Below, one piece after another: positions 44,974 to 58,765 of a DNA stretch of 64,000 bases. Origin of the DNA: Octopus sinensis (Eukaryota); assembly GCF_006345805.1 (NCBI RefSeq), contig NC_043007.1:56234001-56298000 (forward strand), read 5' to 3'. The notes below the pieces were generated by a model. It did not search any database, was not told the DNA's origin, and saw nothing but the letters and a program-made list of their open reading frames with translations. The position numbers were made by a program, and so were the translations under genes. Position 1 is the first letter of the stretch. Every line of letters begins with the position of its first letter.

Positions 44974-44976
<3 letters not shown>
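44911..44976. repeat. Perfect 66-bp palindrome: 16-bp arms around (TA)n
   Basis: ttcgtaaaccttccgt-(TA)n-acggaaggtttacgaa. Confidence 0.95.
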
Positions 44977-45029
<53 letters not shown>

Positions 45030-45891
45030 TATGTCATATCTAGCTGCAGATTTTACAACAGAGAGATCCCTCTCCTAAAAAGATTCTGTAACAACAGCTA
45101 TCGGTCCCTGAATCATAGTGGTTTTATTGCGCGCCTTAATACCAAGGGATTTCTGCATTCCCACGCTCAAGTGGATTGTCATCACATTTCCTAGTTAATC
45201 CGTAACTTGGATCTTGATTGATGCTGCTAATTCGGGTTAGAGTGGAGCTAGGAAAAATTATGGCCAAGGGCTGGTTCTCCAAAAAAATAGTTGTCAAGAA
45301 TGATTCCCAAAAACTCTGGTACGCTCGAACCAGTGCCGTACTGTTTGATGCTGTTCAAAGTCATACAGAGATCTAATTACTAATCACCGACACTCAGAAA
45401 GTGGTACTCATGCTGTAAAAGCGCTTATCAGTATAATCCAATAGCATGCAGATTTCTCATTATGGTGACCTCATTTGTCATTCCATCTATTGAAAGTTCT
45501 ATGGCAAAAGAAGAATAGCAGAACTACTGCATACAATTGAAAGCTACACCGAGGACACATAAAATGCATATTTGCAATACAGTATTATTTTTTTAATAAA
45601 TATGCTAAGACAAATTTCTCAAATTAACTCCCTTTTGCAACCGTAAATAATAACATTTCTAGACCGTTATTCATAATATTGCACAATTCAGAGCTTTGAT
45701 CTTTGGATATTATAATATTCGATAGCATCGTTTTTACTCGTTGAGTCACTGGAGCGCGGCCATGCTAGGGCACTGCCTTGAAGGGGTTAGTGGAAGACCA
45801 CGATCCCAATACTAAGTTACGGAGATGTAAACAAACTAATACCGGTCAGGCGATATTTGGGGGACAAACACAAGAGACGCAAACAAAACTG

Positions 45892-45964
<73 letters not shown>

Positions 45965-46039
45965 ATACATATATACATACATATATATATAATATATATA
46001 TATATACATATATACATACATATATACATACATACATAA

Positions 46040-47215
46040 AAGGGATAAAGATTATAGAAAAGCAGTAATATGTGACAACCAATGCAGATTTTGGGGAGTT
46101 CACACAGAAGATATCACCCACATCATAAGCAATTGTCCGAAAATGTCATCACAGTAATATCTACCGATGAGACATAAGGTTGTAGCGAGGACACTCTTTA
46201 ATGAAATCCGTCGGAAGGATAACCCCGATGACAAAGAAATAAGAATCCACAATATGGTAGAAGCCATAACCACTCATAATAAAAAGGAGAACTGGTGGAA
46301 TGTAGCAGTGAAGACCTCAATAAAATGTGAACATAACATACCTGATATAATGATTTGGGATAGAGAAGAGAAACTGTGCACAGTTGTGGAATTTAGCTGC
46401 CCAGCAGATGTTAACATAAAACTGCAGATCAGTGACGAGGAGAATATCTACGCTGAACTATTGAGAAATTTGAAGTTACTCTACCCAAATTACAAATACC
46501 AATCTTGAGAAATCAGGCTTCTCAAAACCAGAAAAGAGAAAGCTAGTTCGAAGACCACAGATCCAATTCATCACTGGAACTGTAAAAATCTGTAAATCTA
46601 GATATCCAACTATATGCATGAGAATACATATATAAAACAAAACATACAAATCTGCACATATACATACATACATACATACATACATACATACATACATACA
46701 TACATACATACATACATTTGTTGATGTTGAAATTCCAATGAAGGAGCCTTGGATCTAGGGTAGAAACCGGCTCTTTCTTTATTGGTAAGAAATTTTGTAA
46801 TAAAACAAGACAGGACATACATACATACATACATATATGCATACATACGTACGTACGTACATATATACATACATATATGCATTAATCAGTGAAAAAGAGA
46901 ACACCTACGCTGAAATATTGAGAAATCTGCAGTTACTTTATCCAGATTACAAGTTCAGATTTAAACCTGTAATTATTGGGGCTCTGGGATATAACACACT
47001 GTCTAAATACCAATCTTGAGAAATTAGGCATCTCAAAACCGACCAGAAAGGAAAAAGCTAATTCGAAGACTACAGAACCAATCCATCACTGGATCTGTAA
47101 GAATTTATAACACTTTCCAGAAGTTTAGCATTTAAATATCTATGAGCATGTCTAGATATGTAACTATATGCATGAGAATACGTACATAAAACAAACATAC
47201 AAATCTGTAAATAAG
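46040..47215 (+). mobile_element. Two tandem 3' fragments of R4/Dong-like family H separated by (CATA)n
   Basis: PDIMIWDREEKLCTVVEFSCP RLE motif; (CATA)n at 46020-46037, 46820-46875 and in the 3' UTR. Confidence 0.85.
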
Positions 47216-47254
47216 GATGAAAAATGGCATATATACATATGTGTGTGCGTGTGT

Positions 47255-47400
47255 CTGTGACGAGCTTCTTTCGGTTTCTCTATTAAATCCCCTTAAAATG
47301 CTTTAGTCAGATCGAAGCTATAATAAAAGACACTGGCCCAAGATACGACGCAGTTCGACTGAACCCGAAGTCATCTTGTTAGGAAGCGAATTTCTTACTT
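47255..47400 (-). mobile_element. SINE family 2 head fragment
   Basis: Match to 30160-30320. Confidence 0.6.
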
Positions 47401-47602
47401 TATAATCATAAAAAAAACATGTATAAACGCCAGTCTCCCGCATGACAGACGGGGATACTTATCACTCTACTGCCGAGGTGGTGGCATTATTTTTAATATA
47501 ATTTTCGGTCTTCTGATTTTCGTCCTTATGATCGGCATCCACACACACACACACGCACACACTCACACACACACGCACACGCACACACACTCACACACAC
47601 AC

Positions 47603-47661
<59 letters not shown>

Positions 47662-48554
47662 GAGTCACAAACATATATACTGTGTGTGTATGCATGTGTC
47701 GACATACATAAATATATACATGTGCTTGTGTGTTTGTGTGTTTAAATATCTCCTTGAATGTATACTTATATACTTATATGTAATCAAATCCATGATGGCT
47801 TTTCATTTTGGCGTCAAAAAAGCGCGTCTGTATATGTATTGTTTTTCCTTTTCTTAAAGTTACATGTGTGTATATGTGCGTGTCTTTGTATGTGTGTATC
47901 TTTGTATGTGTGTGTCTTTGTGTGTTTATGCTTAAGTGTTGGAGCGTTTGTATAAATATAAATCTGTGAGTGCAATATATATGTTTATGGAATAGAAATA
48001 ATATTATTTATGATTTCTTTATTCGCCACAAGGTCAAATGTAATACGTAAACATTAGGATACAATAACATAAACTGAATGTTGGTATGTATCTATGTATG
48101 TATCAATTTGTGTGTGTCTGTGTATGTATGTATGTATGTATGTATGTATGTATGTATGTATGTATGTATGAACGTATATACGTATAAATCGAAGTGTTCA
48201 GTATATATCCATTACGGCTGAATCAAAAGTGTCTCTTATCGGTGGATTACTTTTTTATTTCATTTTTTGATTCCTTATTCCTTTACCGTTGCATTTTTTT
48301 TAATATCTCAGACGGAAAGTATGCTGCACTAACCAAATTGTTTTGTTATAGAAATAAGCGAAACGGCAAGTGAAAAACGAGATACTTTTTGAAAAGCCAC
48401 CTGAGGAGATGTATCTGAACCTATGATGCCTGACAATTGATTTCTCAGCATACCATCTGTAAGGTACCGGTACATGATGGGTCAAAATGATCACAGTGGT
48501 TAGGAATAAAGGGTCTCATAAATTCCTTTTTCTGTTTCTCACATTTCTTATATG

Positions 48555-51500
48555 TATGTATGTCATTAATCAGTTTTATTTCTATATTTCTTGCCAACAG
48601 AGAAAGAGCCGGTTTCTAACCTAGATCCAAGATTCCTTCATTCAAATTTCAACAACATCATCAGGGTATTTTTGTATGTATCTATGTATGTATATCTAAA
48701 TGCAGATTTGAATGTTTTGTTTTATGTATGTATTTTCTTGCATATAGTTGCATGTCTAGACATGCTCACATATGTTTAAATGATAAACTTCTGGAAAGAT
48801 TTACAGATTTTTACAGTTCCTGTGATGGCTTAGATCTGTAGTCTTCGAAACAGCTTTCTCCTTTCTGATTTTGAGAAGCTTAATTTCTCAAGATAGGTAT
48901 TTAGGCAGTGTGTTACATATCCCAGTCCCCCAATAACTGAGTAATGTATGACAGTATTCAGTTTTTTTCAAGATTTCTTGCTAATAGAGAAAGAACTGTT
49001 TTCTAACTTAGATCCAAAGCCCTTTTATTGGAATTTCCGCATCAACAGAAGGGTATTTTTGTATGTATGATTGTATGTATGTATGTATGTATGTATGTAT
49101 GTATGTATGTATGTATGTATGTATGTATGTATGTATCAGCAGATTTGTATGTTTTATGTATGTATTCTCCTGCATATAGTTGAATATCTAGACATGCTCA
49201 TATATATTTAAATGATAAACTCCTGGAAAGTTTTACAGATTCTTACAGTTCCCGTGATGGACTAGATCTGTAGTCTTCGAATTAACTTACTTCTTTCTGG
49301 TTTTGAGAAGCTTAATTTCTCAAGATTAGCATTTAGGCAGTCTGTTATATATCCCAGGGCCCCAATAATTACAGGTATATATGTGAACTTGTAACCTGGA
49401 TAGAGTAACTGTAGATTTCTCAATAATTCAGCATAGGTGTTCCCTTTTCTACTCACCTGCAGCTTTATGTTAACATCCGCTGGGCAGCTAATTTCCACAA
49501 CTGTGCACAGTTTCTCTTCTCTATCCCAAATCTTTATATCAGGTCTGTTGTGCTTACATTTTATTGAGATCTTCGCTGCTACCATTCCACCAGTATTTCC
49601 TTTTATTATGAGTGACTATAGCTTCTACCATATTGTGGGTTCTTACTTCTTTGTCCTCGGGGTTATCCTTCCGACGGATTTCAGTATATAGCGTCCTGGC
49701 TACAACATCATGACTCATTGGTACATAAAACCGTGATGACATTCTCGGACAATTGCTTATGATGTGGGCGATATCATCAGTGTGAACTCCACAAAATCTG
49801 CATTGGTTGTCACATTTTACAGATTTTCTTGCATCTCAATCCATTTTCTGTATCAGGTACATGGTTGATATTTCCTGTTCCTTGATTGCAGAGGCATATC
49901 CTTCAAAGTGGGAGGTAATAATCAGGTTATTGGTCCATGATAAACTGCTTTGATAATCGATGCTATTACCATCACGGAGCTTTCAACTAACATATCCATT
50001 CATATTCTTCTGCCCATATAGGCTCATCCTTTCATTCAATGATACGTTGCGGTAGAATTGTGCGACTTCTTTGGGCATGTATTCTAAGTTATCACACAAA
50101 AAGTGTTACTCAAGGAGCTGCCTTTTATGTCCTATGATGTTATCAGCCTCATGTATGCAAACTTGGACAAGGGATGCACATCGACACTTGGTTGTTAAAA
50201 GATGTTGCCGAAGGGATATGATGCAACATTCGAAGGCATTTTGGATCGATGTTAAGCCTCTGCCACCTTGTTTTCGTTATAAGTAGAAGTGGTCTATGTC
50301 ACTGTTTATGTGGAAATTATGTGTGCTTCTTAGTATTTTTCGAGTTTTCACATCAGTGGTTCAAATCGCATCAATCATCCAATCAAGCAGCCCAAACATT
50401 GGTATGAGTACTGGCACTGCAAGCACATTGTGGGCCACTGTTTTGTTGAATGCAGAGAGTTCTGAGGTCTAAACTTTCTTTATTCGGCTGTAATATTCTT
50501 TAGTGACGCGTGTTTTGTTACAGGTGCCATTGTAAAATATATTTTCATCCACCCCTAGCTACCTGTAACATTCCTCGTCAGATTCAGAGGAAACAGTCAA
50601 ATCATTGATGGAGATGTTACTAATCTGGTTTATAGTTTTCCCCCCTTTTAACAAACATATAACATTTATCTTGACCAAACCCCAATAATACATCCTTTGA
50701 GAACGTTGTAACTAGGTCAAGTGTCAAATTTCATGCATATTCTTTGCATAAAGTTTTAAGGCATCCACAAAGAAGCAATGTGTAATTTTGGTATTTCTGT
50801 TTCCTTGTGAACCAATGAGATATCCTTCAGACTTTCTTAACATGAATGTCAAGGGGTTATGCCTTTGAGATGCTGTATTCTATCGGTGATAACACAGTCA
50901 CTCTTTGTGTTTAATTTCAAGACAGTGGACCGCGATGAAGTCAGGTCAGCTATGTCTCACTAGAACTTTAGCAAGTTGAAGGGCTTCTAGCATCTATGAG
51001 TGGTGAACAGAATCAAAAGTTTTCTTGTATGTCTTGGATGTAACGCAAGAGCAATAACTTTTTCGGATTTCTTCCAGCCACAGAGCATCTTATTTAAATT
51101 CCTTCTCTTCACTCCAGATTTTCCATCAGAAGGAGTCTATGTTTTCTCATGAAGGAGTTTCAGTGATGTTTGCTGCTCCTTCTCTCATGTCTCAGTATAC
51201 TGCTGCCTGGTTGCGGTTAAATATTTTGTTTTTTGTTCTTCACTCGTTATTCTCTTCTGATGTCGGAGCTTTTCACTGCAGTAAGCTTCATTACATGACT
51301 GATGGTCTTCCGTAAACCAGTTATCTTTTTCTCTGTCTTCAAAACCCGTGATACTTTCGTTGTTATTTCGGTTTTGTTTACCTTTTGAATATCATTCACG
51401 TCTGTTTTACAGTAGTAGTCAGAGTATAGAGACAGGCGTTAAACTGCCAGTATGTGGGTTCATCACACAGTTGTAAATACTAATCACCAGTTTCGTTAAC

Positions 51501-52345
51501 AGCTTTTAATATCTAGTGGTCTTTTTTACTTAATTTGGTAGATAATACTCTCTCCTCAAAGGAGTCCTTCAAAGCCAGAGTTATTTTTTCTCGGAAAATT
51601 TCAATAAGGGCTCATTTAACCGGCATATAATCCTTACTACTACTACTACTACTACTACTACTACAACTACTACTACTACTACTACTACAATAATCGGTGC
51701 GGTTGTGCCTGCTATTTAACATAGTTGTAGTATGGGAACAGTGGTCAGTTACTTTCGCTAGTAACGTAGTTTGGCTGGCAGGTATTATGGAATCTGTTGG
51801 AATGTCGCTAGATGCGAAACCACGTGAAGGTCCTATATCATTCACGTTTCCATTTTTGTTTATAGAGTTGGGAAGAAGGTTAATTTTCGATTTCTTAATA
51901 AAGTTACAGTTACTAACCTTCTTTTTATGTTCTACAAATGTTGACGTAGTTGCTTCGCAGCGGGGATTTACTTCACTTTTTAGTAACGGTTAAATAGATC
52001 CCTATTCAGTTCATAACTCCAAGAGTAATGAGTTTTGTTGTTACGATTTCTTCTATAGCTACTGCTAGAAAAAATTTGTTTACCTGTTGAGCTGTTGTTT
52101 TCGTTTTGTTCCTCGATTGTGTTGTTGTTGATGTTGTGTCTAGCCATGTTGCTTGTAGTAACTCTCTGCATGCTAAATTCAAGTCGCAAATCACTACGAA
52201 TAGAAGCTTCCCTCAGTCAATTCATCTGAAGATTAATCAGTTATCTAACAAGGCTGATAGTTGTGGCTCCAAAGTTGGAGATAGTATTCATCGTATTTTC
52301 GATAAATAGTCTCCTACGCCAAATACGCGTCTTGTTGCTTCGAGT
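48555..52345 (-). mobile_element. Family H: short 3' fragment (48555-48960) plus near full-length decayed copy (48960-52345)
   Basis: N-terminal HYSWSYELNRDLFNRY, RT FVDALKLYAKN, RPDIKIWD...EISCP; (TATG)n at both outer ends. Confidence 0.8.
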
Positions 52346-53651
52346 TATGTATGTATGTATGTATGTATGTATGTATGTATGTATGTATGTAGGTATGTAT
52401 GTATGCATGTATGTATGTATGTATGTATGTATGTATGTATGTATGTATGTATGTAGTATGTATGTATGTATGCATGCATGGTTGCCACTGTAACGGTGTG
52501 TGTACAATGCATATTAATTAGAAAGGTGCATATATTTTAATCATTTATCTCATTTTGCTTTTTATCCTAAACGGAAGTCGTAAATTGTGTGTTTAAATAT
52601 AGTTGCTGTCCATTAAAAATGCTTTTAAACACTGATAAAATCATATCTTATAGATCTATAATATGATATCCATAGCAGTACAAATACATTTATATGTATA
52701 AAAAGAGTTCTTTGCAATAAATGTACATTAATGTCGCAGAACGTTATTTGCAATGAAAAAGTTGTTTAATGTGCTTTGATGTATTGATGGATTTTGTATA
52801 AAACAGTAAATAATAATCAGTGTCAGAGAAATGTAATGGTTTACGTCAGAATAATCAGAAAATATAATTGAGGAATCTGAGGTTGTTTATTTCCACGATC
52901 TAATCAACGACTTGTTTAAAACTATATATTCTCTAATGTGTTTGTCCTTTTGACAAGGTGGCTGAAACATTTTGATACCAGCCCGCAACAGACAGCCCCT
53001 GGGTTTATTATAAAACTTCTTACTGAAAGTAATCATAATTAAAAATTTCAATAAAAATTTCAGGTTAATTCATGTTTGAACTGCTATTTTAATAATGATA
53101 AAGTTATTTTTATGAAATTATTAATTATTTTAAAAATTAATGCGAACAAAGTCTGTATATTTTGACACACATATAGATACAAAATACTAAGGAAGATTTG
53201 ACTTCTGTTTCTTGCAGATTCTGAAGGTTTCGTCACAAGGGACTCTCTCTCATTGACTCATATGAATAAAGTTGTATGATGTGGTAGTAATGTGAATTTT
53301 AACGTTTCGAATATGGCCTTTCTTCAACGATAAATGATGTAAGATAAATGTTATTCAATTAAAAAAGAACTATGGAAGTAGAATGTTTTGCGTTCTGTAT
53401 TTGGTATTAGAGTACTGGGATAAGTTATAAATTACAAAAAAAAAAGAAAAAAAAAGCGAGAATCTGTTTTATTAGGCAGTATTAATGCTAGAAGCAAATG
53501 TCAATTCATCATTGATGTCGCATTAGTTGGCACTAAGCTGAGTGAAAAAGTCTATCTTGGATTCTCGTCAACTGAAGAAAATGGGTTTCACATCCACCCC
53601 AATACAGGTGTGAACCGAACAATGAATTTGATAGATTTACTAAATATTGAT

Positions 53652-53825
53652 TTTAAATTTTGGCACAAGGCCAGCAAGTTCGGGTAAGTGCACAACTGCA
53701 ACATATTTTATCGAACCCGAAATGGTGAAAGACTAAGTTGACGTCGACGAAATTTGTAAGAACAAACGAAATGCCGCTAAGCATTTTGCCTGGCCTGCTA
53801 ACGATTCTGCCAACTTGTCGCCTTA
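53652..53825 (-). mobile_element. SINE family 1 copy
   Basis: aaattttggcacaaggccagc...gccgctaagcatttt...gctaacgattctgcc. Confidence 0.75.
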
Positions 53826-53959
53826 AATATTTACAAAATATAAACATAACTTACTTTATATGAACACAAATTATATTATTGTAAACATACCTGCGTGCAT
53901 ACATATATGCGTGTACATGCATGCTTACTTAAATAAATGCACATATACTGATGTATATC

Positions 53960-54215
53960 ACGTGATCACGTAACAGAGTAGACTATCAGATGTTGTTACA
54001 CATCACTGGCCACAATGTGCTTTGCATTGTTTAGCCTTCAAATTAAGTCATCCCGCTGAGTAGGCGAGCATGCTAACACTCCACCTTAATCAAAAGCGAG
54101 TGGAGAGCAACGTTAATTGAAGTGTCATCTCAAGAACGCAACGCGCCGCCCGGTCTGGGATTCGAACCTACGATCTAGCGATCGTGAGTGCAACAGCCTG
54201 ATCACTTGGTTCACA
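53960..54215 (-). mobile_element. tRNA-derived CORE-like SINE (family 3)
   Basis: Minus strand GGTTCGAATCCC B box followed by gcgttgcgttcttgagatgacact. Confidence 0.65.
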
Positions 54216-54503
54216 TGGTTTGGTAGCACATACTATACTCTTACTAATATATTTAGGTGCCTATATAGTTACAAGTAGACATGAGCACCCTCTAAGTTCT
54301 CCGTGCTTCAGCCCGTGGAATAATGAGGATGCCATATTTAAGAACACAGCCAAGGAATCGAACCCATCACCTTTGACAGTGACCTCAAAAGCCAAATCAC
54401 TTAGATACACCCTTCATCCACACACATTCGCATACACACACTCATGATGTGTTCTATTCTAGATGTGTGGGTGAACATATCTGTTTATCGCTTTCTCTTT
54501 CTC

Positions 54504-54546
<43 letters not shown>

Positions 54547-54989
54547 CTCTCTGTGAACAACCCGAATTGATAAGTTAAGGCTTTTGTTTATAATTTTAGA
54601 GGACAAACTGTGTGTTGATCATTGTTTCGGGTCTCGTCAGATTAGTTTGAGAGTGTATCTAGCTGCTGAGACACAAATATATTGAAACATCGGCTGTTCC
54701 AGAGCCCCTTGGGGTCATAAATCGATTGTATTATGAACACATATTATTCTGCTGATATTATGATCACAAGTTTTTCTATTGAAAAACAGCAGTGATTAGC
54801 ATATTCAATGATCGAATATGCCAGAATAAATATGCAAATCATCATAAGTGTGTGTGCTAGAGAGAGAGAGAAAGAGAGAGAGTGAGAGAAAGAGAGAGAG
54901 TGAGAGAGAGAGTGAGACTGAGAGAGAGAGTGTCTGGGTTTTCGTGGGTACATACACACTCATATAGAAAAACAAATATATATATATAT

Positions 54990-55303
54990 ATTGTTGGCAT
55001 CCTTTTTGTCTCGGGAGACAATGGAGTTGCGCATAAAATAGTCTAGTCCGGCTTTTACATTTCATGTCCTGATACATTTCCTGCTGTGGCTGTGTAGTCC
55101 TATCCTGGACAAACACTCCCTCCGGCAGGTACCGCAAATGTAGCGAAGACTGTTCCTGGCTGGTTGTAATGCCATAGTTTCTTGTTGACGTCTTTTCTTG
55201 TCTTTCCATTTCTCCTCTCTCTCTCTCTGTCACTCCTTTGTATTCCCTCTTTTACGGTACGTCGCCAATCTCCACGGTTGCCGGCAACTGCCTCCCAACC
55301 GCT
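54990..55303 (-). mobile_element. RTE-clade LINE 3' end
   Basis: WEAVAGNRGDWRRTVKEG and, in a shifted frame, CGTCRRECLSRIGLHSHSRKC; 3' UTR ttgtctcccgagac...ggatgcc. Confidence 0.8.
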
Positions 55304-55545
55304 GATATATATATATATATAAATCAAGATAGGACAAAAAGAACACAACAAGCGGAAATTCAACAAAACAAGCGGAAAAATAGACGCGATTTCCTCTTCA
55401 GTCAGTGTTAATTAGAAAGGTGCACTTTTTTTATACATGCATAGAAAGAGAGAATATTTCAACAAATGTAACACTGTTCTTACCTAATATATGTATATGT
55501 AGGCGTCTGTTTGTCTGTCTCTTTCTCTCTCTCACTCTCTCTCTA

Positions 55546-55586
<41 letters not shown>

Positions 55587-55659
55587 ACACACACACACAT
55601 ACATACGTTTAGGTATTCGTTTTACTAGATTCTTGATGTGAACTCGTGTGTTGAAACAG

Positions 55660-55860
55660 ATATTGTTGTATTTGGAGATGGTCATGTTGCCAATTTAGCC
55701 AATGAAAATACGCGCATTATATATTCGGTGTTCACTTGCTTCAGCTTTATTTCATACAATTAATATGAAATAAAGCTGAAACAAGTGAACACTGAATATA
55801 TAGCGCGCATATTTTCATTGGCTAAATTGGCAACATGACCGTGCTCAAATACAACAATAT
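55660..55860. repeat. Foldback element, 97-bp arms, 7-nt loop
   Basis: 88/97 arm identity counted by eye. Confidence 0.95.
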
Positions 55861-56769
55861 ATATATATATATAAACATACATATTCATACATGTGTGTGT
55901 GTGTGTCTGTGTTTGTGGGGGTGGGTGAAGGCTGGCCAAACACTTCACTTTTTTCTCTAGGATACTATCACAAAAATATTTCCATTAAGCTCCCAACAGA
56001 GATATGGAAAAGCTGAAAAGGACAGGGAGCTAGAAGTTTGAAAGTTGGCTTTGGAAGAGAAGGATGGTGTGAAGAATTTAGGGGAAAGATACTTACTATA
56101 ATGGAAGTAGGATGAATAATAAGATTACTTATAATAAATATCTTAAGTGTTCTTAATTACAGTCATTGGGACCTGTAGATCACTGGATGAAGAGAGGGAG
56201 AAAGAGAGAGAGAGAGAGTCGAAGAGAAAGGGGAAGAAGATAGTGATTTAACAAGAAATGCGAATGAGTAGATGCATCGTATTAAAATATGTGAGATGGG
56301 ATATAGCAATTCTGATTGGTGGGTTAGTACCTTATCCAGTTCAAGAGACATTATTGAAGATTTCTTCAACATGTAGGATAATTCGACCAAACTAGGCACG
56401 CAAGAATATTACCATAAACAATCAGATTTTTTTCAGTATTAAATTATTATCTTTACTTAGTCAAAATCTTACAATTGAACATATTATGTAAATACGTTTT
56501 GAAGGTTAATATGAATTTGAATAAAATACTGTTGCTTGTGTATTTATATTATAGTAACGATGACTATGACACTGCAACAATTCATGTGTATAAGAACTCT
56601 CTTTCCGATTAAGAGTTAGTACTATGAAACAACGCCTATGCTCATTTTATATACAAATATATTTAATGCTTTTTCCATCCTTATCAGTTTGTCATCTGAC
56701 TCACAGTTCATACAAGCCGACATCAATAAATCAATTCTGATTGGTTGTAAACTGAATTTTTTAGACTAC

Positions 56770-56813
56770 TAGTAGTGGTAGTAGCAGCAGCAGCAGCACC
56801 AGTAGCAGTAGTG

Positions 56814-56875
<62 letters not shown>

Positions 56876-56879
56876 GGTG

Positions 56880-56929
<50 letters not shown>

Positions 56930-56980
56930 GGTGGTGGTGGTGGTGGTAGTAGTATTAGTAGTAGTAGTAGTAGTAGTAAC
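56770..56980. repeat. Compound (TAG)n/(TGG)n
   Basis: Direct reading. Confidence 0.97.
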
Positions 56981-57724
56981 AATCATAGTCAGTTACAGCA
57001 TAGTCAGTAACCGCACTGATGGGATATCATCATAGCTCCATGTGATATTCTGTTATCTCTTTACATTATGAGTTCAGATCTTACGGACTCAAGTTTGCTC
57101 TTGATTCCTTGGTGGCGGTGTGGAGAAGAGCGCTAAAAAACATGTAATGGTTAAACTGGAGGAGTTATGGTGAAGCATTGTGTGGTGTTACATTACATAA
57201 ACTTGTTGTGGAAGGCCGGAACAAAGCGAGGTGAAATATAAAGTAAACTACAATGAGAACAGAAAACAAAGTTGGAGTTTTACCTCGTATTTCTATCTTT
57301 CGAGTTTATGACCCCTTTTCTTCTGGACGTTGAAACAGGTGAGGGATGGAAAAAGTTATTCGGATGTGCAGGGAAAAAGTTGATGAGTGTAGATTGGTGT
57401 TGCTATAGTAACCAGTCTGCTTCATGTATTTTTTTTCTATTAGTTATTGCAAGAAACATAAGCGCGCAGACATTTTGATAAAAAACGCAGACCTACAGAA
57501 GTGCCAGACCCAGGATTTCAAGGTGTCCATCAAGGCCATTCAACGCAATAGAGGCAATCTCAGAACCATGGAGGCTTCCCCATTGTCAACAAACTGAAAC
57601 CAGCTAATAATAACAGAAAGAAGCTACATGAAGCAGACTGGTTCTATAGTCGCATGTCACCGTCCTCCTCTGCACATCTAATCAACGACTTTTTCCCATC
57701 TCTCGCTTGTTTGGGCACATGCTA

Positions 57725-58732
57725 ATGGTGGAAATTATTAGTAGTAGTTGAAAGTATATGCTTTTAAAAATGAAATATATAAGAAACTGCTACAGCGCAA
57801 CGGAAAGTGCGAGGAATATTAAATATTGGGGTAGGACACTAAGCGTAAGCCAGTGTCAACCGTGGTTCCAGAAATTCCGAGCCGGAAACTATACCCTGGA
57901 ACACGCGCCTTGGCCTAGAAGATCTGTAGAAGTCGTCGAGGACGTCCTGCAGACCCTGGTGGAACAAAATCTCGATGCAACTGTTGAGGAACTAGCAGAG
58001 AAGCTTGGATTTGGTCATTCAACCATTCATCGACATCTGCATGCCATCGGAAATGTCTGCAAATTGGGTCAATGGGTTCCTTACAAACTTTCCGAGTCTA
58101 ACCGCGCGCAGAGAGTGGATGTCTGCTCTTCTTTGCTATCACGTCTCGCGAATGAACCTCTTTTAAACCGGGATAGTGACTGGTGACGAGAAACGAATTC
58201 TCTATAAAATATGTCAAACGCCAAAGACAGTGTGTAGGGAAAGGAAAAACACCGGCACCTCAGGCTAAAGAAGGTCTTCACCCACGTAAGGTGTTGTTAT
58301 CTGTTTTGTAGGATATGATATGTTCCACTTTGAACTTTTAAACCCAAGCCAAACGATAACAAAGGAGATCTACTGCGAGCAGCTTGAGCGGCTTAAGCCA
58401 GCGCTAGAAGGAAAACGACCATCTTTGGTTTCAAGACGGTAGGCGTTTTTCCATCAGGACAATGCTTGGTCACTTTACTCTGCAGTCTTGTAAATCATTT
58501 GGATATAAAGAATATGAAATTCTGTAGACGAGGTCAAAACAGTACTGGAGGAGTACTTTTCGTCACTGCCAAGTGAAGTTTGGAAGAGGGACCTTGCAAA
58601 TCTACCAGATAGATGGAAGAGCATTGTGGAAAATGGAGGAGAGTATATTTTAGATTAAAAAAGAACTTCGTTTATCTTGAGTCTGAAAATTAAAGGAAGT
58701 ATTAAAAAAAACGCATTATAAATGGGATGACC

Positions 58733-58735
<3 letters not shown>
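57725..58735 (+). mobile_element. Mariner transposon relic, left end missing, internal deletion
   Basis: CKLGQWVPYKL, VTGDEKRILY, FFHQDNA; right TIR ...cgcattataaatgggatgaccaTA. Confidence 0.85.

Positions 58736-58765
<30 letters not shown>

Noticed and set aside
45050-45480. FLGIILDN on the minus strand suggesting a CR1/L2 RT remnant
   Set aside because: Single short motif; flanking RT motifs not found.
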